A DNA stretch of 63,862 bases, counting the filler, from Octopus bimaculoides (taxonomy: Eukaryota): assembly GCF_001194135.2 (NCBI RefSeq). It is 4 parts of 4 records of this genome, joined end to end, with 100 filler letters (N's around TTAATTAATTAA, not from the genome) between each part and the next. Parts side by side here need not be neighbours in the genome. Positions count along the whole stretch, not along the records: positions 25,948 to 55,451 come from NC_068986.1; positions 55,552 to 60,719 come from NW_026404769.1; 2 more parts are not named here. One strand, 5' to 3'. The translations under genes and the position numbers were made by a program. Under the pieces are notes generated by a model. It did no database searches and was not told the DNA's origin. It saw nothing but the letters and a program-made list of their open reading frames with translations. Of this stretch, positions 46,241-59,263 are shown piece after piece. Every line of letters begins with the position of its first letter. Within the stretch, counting starts at the first letter, position 1.

Positions 46241-47699
46241 TTATGTGTGTATGCATTATACACATGCTGTTATGCAATGTTTCCATGATGTGGTTTGCAT
46301 AATTCTCTAGAAGTGTTGAGATGTATTGAAAGATATGGAAATAATTTTATTCTCAAACGCAGGATAATGCTAATAAGATAAACATCCTAAATTTGCAGAA
46401 TTTGTCGTTGGGTTAGTTTAGCGTAAAGGCAAAGCACTGCGACGCGTAATCACAGGGATATGAGTTTGATTCTTATGGCTGGCCGCCGACACACTTTTCT
46501 GAAAAATATGGATAATTTATCCTGTTCATACTATATTATTAGCATTATCCTGCGCTTGAGAATAAAATTATTTCCTTATCTTTTTCTAATATCACATTTA
46601 TCTTATTCATGTGGTATTTTTTCTCAATGTCTAAAAGATATCAGTGTCAAAAGATTATTAGATATCCACCGATTATTTACGCAACTAATCCACTGATCAA
46701 CTTCATCTGTTATGTTACAAAACTATTTTATATATTTGTTTTCAAAACATTTCTGTTTCTTTACTTCGCTACACATGATACTCCAGTAATTTCTGGTACT
46801 GTTTCTACCATTATTCATCGATAAGAGTTTCAGTTTCGAGATCACTATCACTACTTTTTTTTCTTACATATTGGGAGGGTCATTAAGCCAATAACAAACA
46901 CACACTGATTCTATTTCACATCTTTATTTATCGATTGACAATTTGGTTAATTAATTAATTGACTAGTCGACTGTTTGATTAATCGTTTGATCATCCAATC
47001 AATCACTCATTCAATCAATTGATCAATAAATCAATCAGCTAGCTTTATCGAAGTGCTTTCGTCGCCATTCGCGATCTCATCAATGTCACTCCGTCTCCAG
47101 TCCAGTTCTGCTTCCGGTCTTTCTGTCTCTCTTTGGATATCGCCACACGTGATAAAGCAGACGAAACTTCTGCCTCCGTCTACGGAATAAATACAAAACT
47201 TCATGAAATAATAAGTTTAATTACAAGAAATTCATTAGCCCAAAGTGAATCAATTTTCACAAAAATAATTTTTAAAAAAACATAAATTGCGGTGCAATAC
47301 AACACTTCATAACTTTGTAACTCTCGCAGGAAATTGGAATCCAAAGGATTGGATGTTTACAAAGCACAAATAAAAGAAATACAACACTATGATAATGTTT
47401 ACGTACACACTCATAGATTCGCATATCGCTACACACGTACACACACGCATACCCACAATGTATGTATGCATGTATGTGTGTATGTATGTATGTATGTATG
47501 TATGTATGTATTTATGTATGTATGTATTTATGTATGTATGTGTGTGTGTATGTATGTATGTATGTATGTATGTATGTATTATGTATGTGTGTGTGTGTAT
47601 GCGTGTATGTATGTAGATTCTCTTCTATTTTTAGTTACATGAAGACTTCCGCTAAGGAAGGAACTGGTTTCTAACAAACGTACAAAAGCTCCATCGTTG

Positions 47700-48510
47700 G
47701 AATATAGATAAAAAAACACAAAGTCACATTTTGAACTTGAGGAAAATCCATTTACAGATTGTAACTGCAATGTCCGAATCAGTTGGTTGATTTTCTTTTC
47801 TCAAAATCCTAGCTTATTCAGATTGTCCCTTGGGCATTTACTCACAAAACCATGGGCACCAATCATTAATCATATAAATGTGAATTTGTAATCTGGATAT
47901 AGAAACAGAGGTTTCGAAGCAATTGTTCATAATTATCCTCTTTATCTTTGATTTTCAGGAGATTTTCACATCAGCAGGACAGTTGACCTCTATGACGGTA
48001 ACATGCATTTTCTTGTCTGCCGACACGTAAGGTATTGTTCTGTTCACTTTTCAGCACTAAGTTAATCTATTTATTTTTGCTTGTGTTGTTTAGCAAATGC
48101 AGTCTGAGATAGAAGCTATACGACATTCGAAGGTTGTCTCCACTGATGTCAAGCCTCCACCTCTTTCATCTCTTTCTAGGTAGAGCTTGTTGATACCACT
48201 GTTTCTGTGGAAGTTTCAACTTGATGTCAATATCTTGCGGGGGTTTTAGCGTCTATGGAGTGGATTCCCAAATGCTGGAATCAGCACTGGTACTACAAAT
48301 GCATTATGGGATATTGTCTCATTGTAAGAGGAGAGCACCGTCTGCCAATGTGTTTTCTAAGTCTGGCAAAATATTCTCGGGTCACTCGATCTTAATTCAC
48401 AGTACCTTCGTATAGTGTGTGTTCATCAATGCCTAGGGACTTGTAGCATTCTTTGTGTGGGACAGGAGAAATAGTGAAACCATTGATGCACAGATTTGGG
48501 GTCCGAGGGG
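47700..48510 (-). mobile_element. R4/Dong-type LINE relic (end of RT, then REL endonuclease region)
   Basis: LCINGFTISPV..YKSLGIDE...EYFARLRK...HNAFVVPVLIPAFG...KLYLERDERGGGLTSV..FECRI; then VIEVNCPADV...KEDNYEQLLRNL..YPDYKF...IGAHG. Confidence 0.8.
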
Positions 48511-48539
48511 CTGATTTTCCCCGCATAAAAATCAAATAT

Positions 48540-49330
48540 CAACAGTTCTTTTGGCCAAATTCTCTCTGAGTTTCAGGAGAGTCCAGTAGAGCTTTTAGTA
48601 CGCAAGCCTTGTAAACACTCTGCTCGGTCTTGTTGGTGATGTTGCGATTTGCTAAGCGTGTCTTTTCATACTTCCCAAATACCACAGATGCTTTCTAAAT
48701 ACTGCCCTGGTAAGCAAAATGGTCAACTACACCCAATCTTGTACCGTATCCTACGATATCTGGTTTGTCACACGGATCGCACAGTGCAGGTGTGAGCGTT
48801 CATTTGCCTTGTTTCCTTTCTCAGGCTTATTTAAGACCAAAGCCCTATAAGAAACAGCAAAACGATCTATTAATGAGTTGTACGTCACCAGCAGTGTGAT
48901 CGAGGAAGTCAACATCATCTGTAAACGTTACTGATTTGAAGTTGAACCTTCTCAAACTGCAGACTCTTTTAATAGCTCTAAACCGCAAGAAGACACCCTT
49001 ATCAGGGTAGCGGAATGTAGGTGTAAGTAGAACCGCAAAGAATATCGGAAAGAGTGAGGGAGCAGGAACATCGCCTTGATTTACTCTTTCGCCAATCAGA
49101 CCTTCGTCAAAATTGAAGGCGACCCACGCCTTTATGTCTTGGTGCCACTGCTTAAACTTACTGACAAACAGCGATGCGCACCGGACCATTCCAAGGATTG
49201 TCCACAATGCCTTTCTGCCAATTGTATGAAAAGCTTTCGTTAAATGAACAAAGACTTCATATAAAGTCATTTGCTGTTCAGTGCGTTTCTCTTGTGTCTG
49301 TTTAGCTGTGGATATCATGTCGCTTCTTCT
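48540..49330 (-). mobile_element. RTE-BovB-type reverse transcriptase relic
   Basis: DMISTAKQTQEK..EQQMTLYEVFVHLTKAFHTIGRKALW...VNQGDVPAPSLFPIFF...FTDDVDF...DHFAYQGS...VYKACVL. Confidence 0.85.
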
Positions 49331-49501
49331 TCTACATACACGCATATATAAATCTACATACATACATACACACATACATACACACATACATATACGCATA
49401 CATACATACATACATACATACATGCATGCATACATACATACATGCATACATACACACATACATACATNNNNNNNNNNNNNNNNNNNNNNNNNNNNNNNNN
49501 N

Positions 49502-49569
<68 letters not shown>

Positions 49570-49889
49570 CGTTGGGGGACTGCAGATCGAGAAACCATTT
49601 AAGTTATCCGTGACCTGCTGGAAACATCGGCTTCATCCATGAAATGAGATCCTTTTTAAACAAATCGCAACAGCTTCGACACCTTTGATCATCGGTCGGT
49701 TGGTTCCTTAACGGTTGACTCAGGTCTGAAAGATACAACAAAATATTGTTTAGTTTTGTTTATAATGTGCTAAGAATATTAAAGGGAGGTAACTCTAAAA
49801 GACATCTAAGGGACATAACTCATCAAAATATTTTCTGAATTATCTCCCTTGAAAATCTAACTCTTAAATCTTTGTTTTGTGATTTGGCA

Positions 49890-50100
49890 TTGTGTGAGTT
49901 TATGCGTTGAAGCATATTCTGTTGAGTCTTGGGAAAGTCATTCTCTTTTAGTGCCTTATTATTTAACACACTCACCAGCAAAATTTCCACTCATATACTT
50001 ATTTACTTATTTATTTATTTATTTATTTAAATGAGTGGAAACTTTACCGGTGAGTGTGTTAAATAAGGCACTAAAAGAATAACTCTTCCCCAGACACAGC
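49890..50100. repeat. Self-complementary repeat (~65-bp inverted arms around a (TATT)n spacer); third homologous arm at 51805-51920
   Basis: TAGTGCCTTATTATTTAACACACTCACC...TTTCCACTCAT / ATGAGTGGAAAC...GGTGAGTGTGTTAAATAAGGCACTA. Confidence 0.75.
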
Positions 50101-50489
50101 TAAATAGATCTGTGTTCTTGTAATTATCTGATTCTTCAGAAATAGCAACCAAATCTGTCTCAGATCAAATTTTCCCACCTTAAACAAGAAGGACACATTT
50201 TCTAATGTATTACAACATAGATTGTCTACGAAGAAGTATGTGATAATTACAGCCGGTTCAAAGCTTAAATGGGGTTAAATTGCTGGCTGGTTATTTCGAC
50301 TCTGCCCACACCGTCTCGAAAGTGCTGCAAGTTATCATGAGCATTGCCGTTCCTACTCTGACCGACCCATCTATTTTAAATAGAGATGTTCTATAACTTA
50401 ACATAATATATCCGTGACCTTAACAGTGTTTTTGGAAGGAAACACGTTTCTGTAACATTAGTTATTCTGTAAAATACACAAATTTAAAC

Positions 50490-51590
50490 TGATTGAGAAT
50501 CAAAGCTAAGCTGCATCACAATGTGAAAAGCGTCCGAACTAACAAAATTCTTCGCCCATACTTACTAATTTATAGAATATAATTGGTGGTTCTCTGGAGA
50601 CTTTAGGTAAGGAGTACAGATATCTCTGTTGCAATATGTTCGTGCGCAGACATAGCTACCGAGTTAACAAGCTCACTTCTCATCTCTATGGTTTCAGGTT
50701 CGTTTCCACTGCACAGAACCTTGTCCAAGTATATTTGATCAATGCCTCGAAGCCTTGTGAGTAAAATTTGGTTGACGGAATCTGTGAAGAAACCCGTTAA
50801 TATTAATAAAGGTTGGTAACCACAAATATACTCTTTGACAGGCAATCGAATATGGACTTTGGTTTGAGGATAACTTTCTTACGCCTCTCCCCCACTTAAC
50901 AACAAGCCCTTGAAAACGACCATAGGTAATGCTCTTCCCCTCAAACTAACCATCGCTGATTATCTGGGTCCTGGATCAACTCTGACTTGTTGATTTAGGC
51001 TTTCTCTATGACAGTCATTTGTGTCGGACATAAAATGTATTATGAGTCTGTGGCCATGCGTATACCACGAAGAGTTGAGTGCCTGTGTTTGTGCAACACC
51101 CTATAACTTCCCAAGGAAACTATAAAATATCGCAGAGTTACTCATCTCTGAGCACACTTCTCATAACAGAAACATCTGTAAGCTAATGAAGTCGATTTCG
51201 TGACTCCTGTTCCCTTCTCATTAATTAATTAACTACGCTTCTCATTAATTAATCAATACGACGCTCTGTATTCGCCTAACGCTTTGCTACAAAGCATATG
51301 TTTAGTTTTAACAGCTAGTTATTAGTATCACAATGTCTAAGTGAATTCATTAAACATACACACACACACACACACAAACCTGAAACCATGGAGATGAGAA
51401 GTGGGCTTGTTAACTCGGTAGACGTGTCTGCGCACGAACATATTGCAACAGAGATATCTGTGCTCCTTACCTAAAGTTTCTAGGGTACCACCAATTATAT
51501 TCTATAAATCAATAAGTACGGGCGAAGAATTCTGTTCAGTTCGGACGCTTTTCACATTGTGACGCAGCTTAGCTTTGATTCCCAATCAGT
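50490..51590. repeat. Local inverted duplication: 50490-50700 versus 51378-51590
   Basis: ~210-bp arms, roughly 85-90% complementary by eye, including non-SINE sequence. Confidence 0.85.
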
Positions 51591-51594
51591 ATAG

Positions 51595-51738
51595 GCACAG
51601 GAGCGGCTGTCTGGTAAGTAGCTTGCTTACCAACCACATAGTTCTGGGTTCAGTCCAACTGCGTAGCACCTTAGTCAAGTGTCTTCTACTATAGCTTCGG
51701 ACCGACCAAAGCCTTGTGAGTGGAAAGAATCCCGTCGT
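51595..51738 (+). mobile_element. SINE-B 5' part
   Basis: GGCACAGGAGCGGCTGT...GGGTTCAGTCC...GCCTTGTGAGTGG. Confidence 0.85.
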
Positions 51739-51920
51739 ATATATATATATATAAATAATAGAAATAATAAGAAAAAAATGAAATAAAATAAATAAAAAAG
51801 AAAGAAGTGGAAATTTTACCGGGGAGTGTGTTAAATTATAAAGCACCAAAAGAGAATGACTCTCCCCAGACACAACAAAATATGCTTCAACACACGAACT
51901 CACATAAAGAATCTTGCAAA

Positions 51921-51954
<34 letters not shown>

Positions 51955-52484
51955 NNNNNNNNNNNNNNNNNNNNNNNNNNNNNNNNNNNNNNNNNNNNNN
52001 NNNNNNNNNNNNNNNNNNNNNNNNNNNNNNNNNNNNNNNNNNNNNNNNNNNNNNNNNNNNNNNNNNNNNNNNNNNNNNNNNNNNNNNNNNNNNNNNNNNN
52101 NNNNNNNNNNNNNNNNNNNNNNNNNNNNNNNNNNNNNNNNNNNNNNNNNNNNNNNNNNNNNNNNNNNNNNNNNNNNNNNNNNNNNNNNNNNNNNNNNNNN
52201 NNNNNNNNNNNNNNNNNNNNNNNNNNNNNNNNNNNNNNNNNNNNNNNNNNNNNNNNNNNNNNNNNNNNNNNNNNNNNNNNNNNNNNNNNNNNNNNNNNNN
52301 NNNNNNNNNNNNNNNNNNNNNNNNNNNNNNNNNNNNNNNNNNNNNNNNNNNNNNNNNNNNNNNNNNNNNNNNNNNNNNNNTATATATATATATATATTAG
52401 GAGCACTCCGTCGGTTACGACGATTAGGGTCCCAGATGATATGATCCACGGAACAGCTTGCTCGTGAAATTAAAGTGCAAGACA

Positions 52485-52686
52485 AAATTCCATCAATACC
52501 ATCAGTAATTCTGTATTGACTTGGATGGAAAAATGTGTCACTCAAGAAGGACTTCAGTTTGAACAATTTTCATGATGTTTCATATTTAGATGCTTCTATT
52601 AAATTCATTCAATTGTTAAACATAAATGAATTTTGGAATTAAATGGTTTTGATTTACTGTCAGGTGACTTTTGGCCATCCCTGTAT
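52485..52686 (+). mobile_element. Possible Tc1/mariner (maT/rosa-like) 3' end
   Basis: WMEK..CVTQEGLQFEQF resembles the terminal C---GG-FE motif; ends in TIR-like TTTTGGCCATCCCTG|TA. Confidence 0.4.
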
Positions 52687-53837
52687 ACATTATATGGCAT
52701 TTTATTGACTTTTAAGCAGAGTATTATAGCAGTGAGATTACATGAAGGCTGAATAGCCTCCCTTGGAACATTTTTTCCTCTTTCTTATTACTACATACGA
52801 CTGTGACGTTTTTCCTGCTAAAATTAGCAGCTAAATCACCTTTACCTCAGATGCCGTCTTAAATACCTATATGATCATAGGTTCGCTCGATCAGTAATGA
52901 AACAAGAAATAGAAAACCAATTTCTGCCCTCGCGATCTGGCGTTTGAATCGTGTGATTGAGTTGGCTGCTCCTTTGCCTAAGCAGACCTTCATGGCAATA
53001 ATACGGTTAACAGAGTTTTATTGAAGTACTTGATATGGCAAGTCAGAGTACATGAAAGATTTAGTCAGAGTAGCTAGTTGATAAACTCGGAGTATACAAA
53101 TGAGAAAATCTGAGAACCTGCAAAGTTGAAAAATTCGAGGGAAAGAGTCGGAGTACTTAATAAAGTACTTTAAAAAATCCGAGTACCCTGTAGAGTCTTT
53201 AGGAGTACTTGACAGAGTAAATCGAAGTGGAGTAGTACCTCGGTTTTCGAACAACTCTGATGGCGAATAAATCGTGTTTTATATACATACATACAAACAT
53301 ATATATATATATANNNNNNNNNNNNNNNNNNNNNNNNNNNNNNNNNNNNNNNNNNNNNNNNNNNNNNNNNNNNNNNNNNNNNNNNNNNNNNNNNNNNNNN
53401 NNNNNNNNNNNNNNNNNNNNNNNNNNNNNNNNNNNNNNNNNNNNNNNNNNNNNNNNNNNNNNNNNNNNNNNNNNNNNNNNNNNNNNNNNNNNNNNNNNNN
53501 NNNNNNNNNNNNNNNNNNNNNNNNNNNNNNNNNNNNNNNNNNNNNNNNNNNNNNNNNNNNNNNNNNNNNNNNNNNNNNNNNNNNNNNNNNNNNNNNNNNN
53601 NNNNNNNNNNNNNNNNNNNNNNNNNNNNNNNNNNNNNNNNNNNNNNNNNNNNNNNNNNNNNNNNNNNNNNNNNNNNNNNNNNNNNNNNNNNNNNNNNNNN
53701 NNNNNNNNNNNNNNNNNNNNNNNNNNNNNNNNNNNNNNNNNNNNNNNNNNNNNNNNNNNNNNNNNNNNNNNNNNNNNNNNNNNNNNNNNNNNNNNNNNNN
53801 NNNNNNNNNNNNNNNNNNNNNNNNNNNNNNNNNNNNN

Positions 53838-53868
<31 letters not shown>

Positions 53869-53971
53869 CCCTTGTGGGCAATAAAGAAATAAATATAATT
53901 CTCTGTTCCTCCTGCACTTAATATAGGAGCCTATAGTTATATCTGAACTCATTATTATCAACTCTACTGAA

Positions 53972-54188
53972 GTGACGAGTTGGCAGAATCGTTAGAGCGT
54001 CGGACAAAATGCTTCGTGACATTTCGTCTCTCTTTACGTTCTGAGTTCAAATTCCGCCGATGTCGATTTTGCCTTTCATCCTTTCGGGGTCGATAAATTA
54101 AGTACCAGTTGCACACTGGGGTCGATCTAATCGACTGGCTCCCTTTCCAAAGGTTTCGGGCCTTGTACCTAGAGTAGAAAAGATTATT
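53972..54188 (+). mobile_element. SINE-A, full length, (ATT)n tail
   Basis: Complete head, centre and tail. Confidence 0.9.
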
Positions 54189-54905
54189 ATTATTACCCAT
54201 GTTGTTGTTGTTGTTGATGTTCTTATTGCAGCTAATCATGTTGTTGTTGTTTCTGTTGCTGTTTATCCCCAGGCCAGCTTCGAGTGACCAATCCCCTGAT
54301 AACCACCACGCCCTTCTCTCAAGCATTACCTACGGTGAATTATACAAAATACTATATATTTGTCTCTTTTCGAATCAATGTGGTGTAACTTTAGGGGAAC
54401 TTGGTTACTATTTTTAACATGTCGAGTGCCCCCGTTGAAGCGCCTTCAGTGATGTCAAACCCGGAGATATCTAAATTGTAAATGTAGCATGGCTGAATGG
54501 TTAAGAAGTTCGCTTCACAAAGACGAGGTTGCTGGTTCGATCCTATTGTGAACACCTTGCTCAAAAGTCTTTTACAATAGCCTTGGTTCAATTCGTACTT
54601 TATGAGGGAGATTAATTTGGAAAATTACTGAACGGAAGTCCACCGGAAGGATTCTTCCTGCAGTTGAAAATCCGGTCTTATGCTGGATACGTTAAGGATG
54701 AAAGTGTTTGAGGAATACTCAGCCACAAAGTTAACTGAATGAGTACATTGTTCAGTTGGTTGAACAACTGAAGAATCATCATTGAAACCGACGGAGACCC
54801 ATTTAGTTCTTTTTACTTTATCAAGGACAGTGGCAATTCCAGACATGTTTCAGTCTTATTATAACTTCTCAGAGAGGTTTTTCTCAGAAGAAGCAGTATT
54901 TTCAG

Positions 54906-54988
54906 ATACAAGTCATGTACACGTGTTGAAGCGTCAACTTGCAATAACGGGAAATACCCAGGAACATCATTTGTGTTGCACACAACAG
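54906..54988 (+). CDS. Candidate isolated coding exon, unidentified protein
   Basis: ttttcag| acceptor, open frame YKSCTRVEASTCNNGKYPGTSFVLHTT, strong CAG|GTAAGC donor; no homology recognised and no partner exons found. Confidence 0.2.
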
Positions 54989-55551
54989 GTAAGCGCTAGC
55001 TTTTGTTGTTCCTTCTTCTTCTTCTTCTTCTTCTTCTTCTTCTTCTTCTTCTTCTTCTTCTTCTACTTCTTCTTCTTCTTCTTCTTCTTCGTATTTGTTA
55101 GGTAGTATGATTTCTTGTTTGTATTTGTCAGCTTCCTTAAATACTGAAAACAGTCTTTTGTTTTGCTCGTGTTTTGTGGCTATTTGTATTAGTTTTCCTT
55201 GCTTCTAGAGTAGGTATTTTTGCAGTCCTATGGTGGTTATTTTATAATAGTTTTCCAGCTGTATAAGACCCCTGCCACCTTCTGTGCGTTGTCTATATAG
55301 CCTTTTTGTGTCAGATTTTGGGTGGTGCATCCTATATCCTGTCATTATTTTTCTTGTTTTCCTGTCTATTTTAGATAGTTCGTTTAGTGTCCAGTTAAGG
55401 ATATTGTAGTTGCAACTTATAACTGGGACAGCTAAAGTGTTAATACCTAGANNNNNNNNNNNNNNNNNNNNNNNNNNNNNNNNNNNNNNNNNNNNTTAAT
55501 TAATTAANNNNNNNNNNNNNNNNNNNNNNNNNNNNNNNNNNNNNNNNNNNN

Positions 55552-55592
<41 letters not shown>

Positions 55593-56016
55593 GAATGTAT
55601 GCATATCACAAGCATGGAAAATGGATGTTAAAGGAAGATGATGATGATCTTTATATATATATATATAAACACATACATACATACATACATGCATACATAC
55701 ATACATACATACACACACATACATATATATATGCATGCAGACATTTACACATTCACAGAGAGGAAACGTTTTATTGGATGATATTATCAAATGATTATTT
55801 TCATCAAAATTAGTAAGACACAAACTCTATTTAAAATGAATCAAAATTTTATGCCTATTAGAATCAAAAGTTCAAATATTGTAATATCTTCTGCTTTTTG
55901 TTATCAGATGAGTCAATTATTCTTATTAAAAAGGCTCATTCCAAAAGTGACTTCTACTGTATTATAGCTTGTACATACAAACACGTGTGTTCATGACTAT
56001 CGATGATTGGTTGTAG

Positions 56017-56048
<32 letters not shown>

Positions 56049-56369
56049 GTGTGTGTGTGTGTATGTGTGTGTGTGTGTGTGTTTGAAAACATGTATGAAT
56101 ATGTATTTATACATACACACATGTACATATATAAATATCTATTTTAATGAAAATTGAGTCAAAATTCTGAGACCTTAGGTTTCATATTGGCAGAGTAGGT
56201 ATTCTACTAAAAATTGGTCAGATTTGTTTCGGCTGATGATGCCTTGCTAACATGGCCAATGAGACTACGAAATGAATATAGATGAGCTCCTAAAGCTTTG
56301 ACTCAAATTTTGTTAAAGAATTTATATTCTAACTTTCTGTTTCAAGTACTACTCCTCTTGATTTGTTAT

Positions 56370-56410
<41 letters not shown>

Positions 56411-57354
56411 ATATATGAATACATATATAAAGCTGTTAATATTCTATGCATATACCGGTCATGTCTGTACAAAAGCGTTTGTATACATAATCTCCAAACA
56501 TGGATCAGTTGTTAACATTGTCATAAAAATCTCATCAACTTAAAGCAAGAATTTGAACATTATCTAAACAGACATATTTCCTTTGTATAATTATTCATTC
56601 TGTAGATTTTTTTTTTTTTTTTGAGAAGAATACATGTAAACCAAAAATAAAAATAAATGCAAGAAATATCTACAAAAATTACTTATATAGCATGTGAAAC
56701 CAATGGAGACAATTTATTGCTTACAACAGACCCATTCGTAAACATTTTTGCTTTTGCATCTTGCCATTTGTTAGTTTTTTTTTGCTATTCTCTGGACATT
56801 GTATATGGAAATCATTAGAAATTAATCAAAAAGGAAAATAAAAAACAAAAAAACAGAAAATCAAATCTCAGCTTTGTTATGATGGTTAACAGCACCACGG
56901 ATTCAGTGTGGTAGTAAAATAACAATTTACCTTTTATGGTGAGTTACTTCAGGGTTTATCTGCAGTTGCAAAAAACACATTGCTCAAACGTTGGAGGCAA
57001 ATGACACTAAAAAGAAAGAAACAACAAAATAAATCAAAAACAAATTAAATTAATGAAAAACTCATTGATTTGGTGATATGTTGCTAAAAAAATATATTAA
57101 ATTCAAAGTCACTTGGTTATATGTTTTACTTCAGGCATTAACAAAGCAGGATATAACTTGTCATTCTTATGACCTGAATAGCTCAGTGATGTCATGACTG
57201 AGCTATTCAATCATGACATAAAAGAACGACAGAGAAATACCTAGAAATACCTGTTGTAAGAAAACTTAATACTGAAGAGAATGGTATCATATTTGATGTA
57301 GCACAATATCGACTAGACCATCAGATGCTGTTATACACCAATGATCAAACCGTG

Positions 57355-57810
57355 ATGGCACCTGTGCTAGTGGAGCACTAAGAGCACCGTTCGAGCGTGA
57401 TCATTGCCAGAGATGCTGTCTGGCTTCTGTGCCAGTGGCATGTAATTAACACCATTTGAATGTGATCGTTACCAGCGTCGCCTTACTGGCACTTGTGCCA
57501 GTGGCACATGAAAAGACATTCGAGCAAGGTCGTTGCCAGTGCTGCAGGACTGGCTCCTGTGCAGGTGGCATGTAAAATGCACCATTTTGAGCGTGGCCAT
57601 TGCCAGTACTGCCTGACTGGCCCTCGTGCTGGTGGCACGTAAAAGCACCCACTATACTCTGAGTGGTTGGCATGAGGAAGGGCATCCAGCTGTAGAAACT
57701 CTGCCAAATCAGATTGGAGCCTGGTGCAGCCATCCGGTTCACCAGTCCTCAGTCAAATCATCCAACCCATGCTAGCATGGAAAGCGGACGTTAAACAATG
57801 ATGATGATGA
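57355..57810 (+). mobile_element. RTE LINE 3' UTR with ~65-bp tandem units and (ATG)n tail
   Basis: 3' part homologous to 27090-27296; about 4.5 units of TGTGCCAGTGGCACGTAAAA.GCACCAT...TTGCCAG...CTGG. Confidence 0.85.
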
Positions 57811-57859
57811 GTTCTCTCTTGATTGTGCCATTCTTTCCCGCCTTCACCCAAATTACTTG

Positions 57860-58200
57860 ACTAAATCATTTTCCCATTGTTGTGGAGGCTTTCCAAGTGA
57901 CCTCCTTTCTCGACAAACTGCACAAGTCCACCTGTTGTTTCTGAGCTTTGTGACAAGTCGGGCCAAGTAGAACATGTGCATATGCTTCTCTATGATCACA
58001 TTCACTCTGGTTGATTCTCAAATTATCTCATTCCAAATATACTCTCATAATGGCATTATTCCTAGCATGGATCTTTCCCCGGTCCTTTGTGCCAATCGAT
58101 GTTCTATCACCTTTGTGGAAGCCTACGCCTCACTTGTGTATAAGAGCACAGGTAGAACTGTACTACTGAAGAGTCTGGCATGGATGGTATTATCTAGCTT
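57860..58200 (-). mobile_element. RTE-1-type RT C-terminal relic
   Basis: IHARLFSSTVLPVLLYTSEA*...ERSMLGI...IWNE...NNRWT...GKPPQQW. Confidence 0.75.
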
Positions 58201-58384
58201 TGCTTTAAGCAAATCCTTTATTGTAATAAACCAAGAAAAAGGTGTAATAAAAAGGTGTAATATTAATCAATATCTTTTTGGCTTATTGCATTAAGTATAG
58301 AAGCAGAAAATCATAAGGTTTTGAAATGTGATGCTTAAAAAGTACCATTGTAATTTTTGCTGTGGAAAAAGACATCATGGCTAG

Positions 58385-58700
58385 CTAAGGAGCACTCGGT
58401 CGGTTACGATGATGACGGTCCCAACTGATATGAAAAACAGAATGGCTTGCTCACGAAATTAATGTGCAAGTGACTGAGCAATCCACAGACACGTGCACCC
58501 CTAACATAGTTCTCAGGGAGATTTAGTGTGACACAGAGTGTGACAAGGCTGGCCCTTTGAAATACAGGTACTACTCATTTTTGCTAGCTGAGTAGACTGG
58601 GGCAACCTGAAATAAAGTGTCTTGCTCAAGGACACAACTGTCGCCGGGAATTGAACTCACGACCTTACGATCGTGAGCCAAATGCCAACACTAAGCTGTG
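58385..58700 (-). mobile_element. SINE-C variant (CORE/V-like insert)
   Basis: Homologous to 41234-41560. Confidence 0.85.
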
Positions 58701-58828
58701 GTGACACATATTGTGGATTCAATGCCACTCATGTTTTAACAAGTTCTTGCTTCTGTTGCTACTAATTCTCACGAGATTGTAAATAATGCCCACAAATTAA
58801 AAATATCATTTTAAGTATACATACATAA

Positions 58829-58861
<33 letters not shown>

Positions 58862-59131
58862 TGCATGTGTGTACAGTGTGTATGTGTATGTATGTGTATC
58901 TATCTCCCTATATATACACACATATGTATTATACCATTTAATAACACTTCCTTTGGTTCCATGAAACGTAATGTTTCATATGCTTCTCATAAAAACCGTG
59001 CTCGTTAGCTAACTTCATGACAAACCAGCAAAATTTAAGTCACATGGAGCCAAATCGAATAGCTATTCATTAAGAATATATGTAACGCTTACTAAGCATG
59101 TCCAGTGCTGCTCTCCGTTTGATTGCCCCTC

Positions 59132-59210
<79 letters not shown>

Positions 59211-59263
59211 CACACCAGGGTCAGCATGTGTGATACATGCTGAGGAAAAGTAGTGCTCAAACA

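Noticed and set aside
47634-47674. YMKTSAKEGTGF resembling a small-GTPase G5 motif after a good acceptor
   Set aside because: Stops immediately, has no G1-G4 exons, and lies antisense at the 3' end of the R4-like relic
4401-53961. Long ORFs in the supplied track (e.g. 30829-31830, 51586-52566, 53170-53961)
   Set aside because: They are open only because they cross N gaps and dinucleotide repeats ([16 protein letters not shown])
56868-57006. Strong splice-like signals on both strands (ATG|GTGAGT; tttag|...AAG|GTAAAT)
   Set aside because: All frames of the implied exons contain stops; a non-coding or micro-exon cannot be excluded but is unsupported
57355-57650. Regularly spaced repeats as a CRISPR-like array
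   Set aside because: Whole units are homologous, with no unique spacers; part of a LINE 3' UTR in eukaryotic DNA
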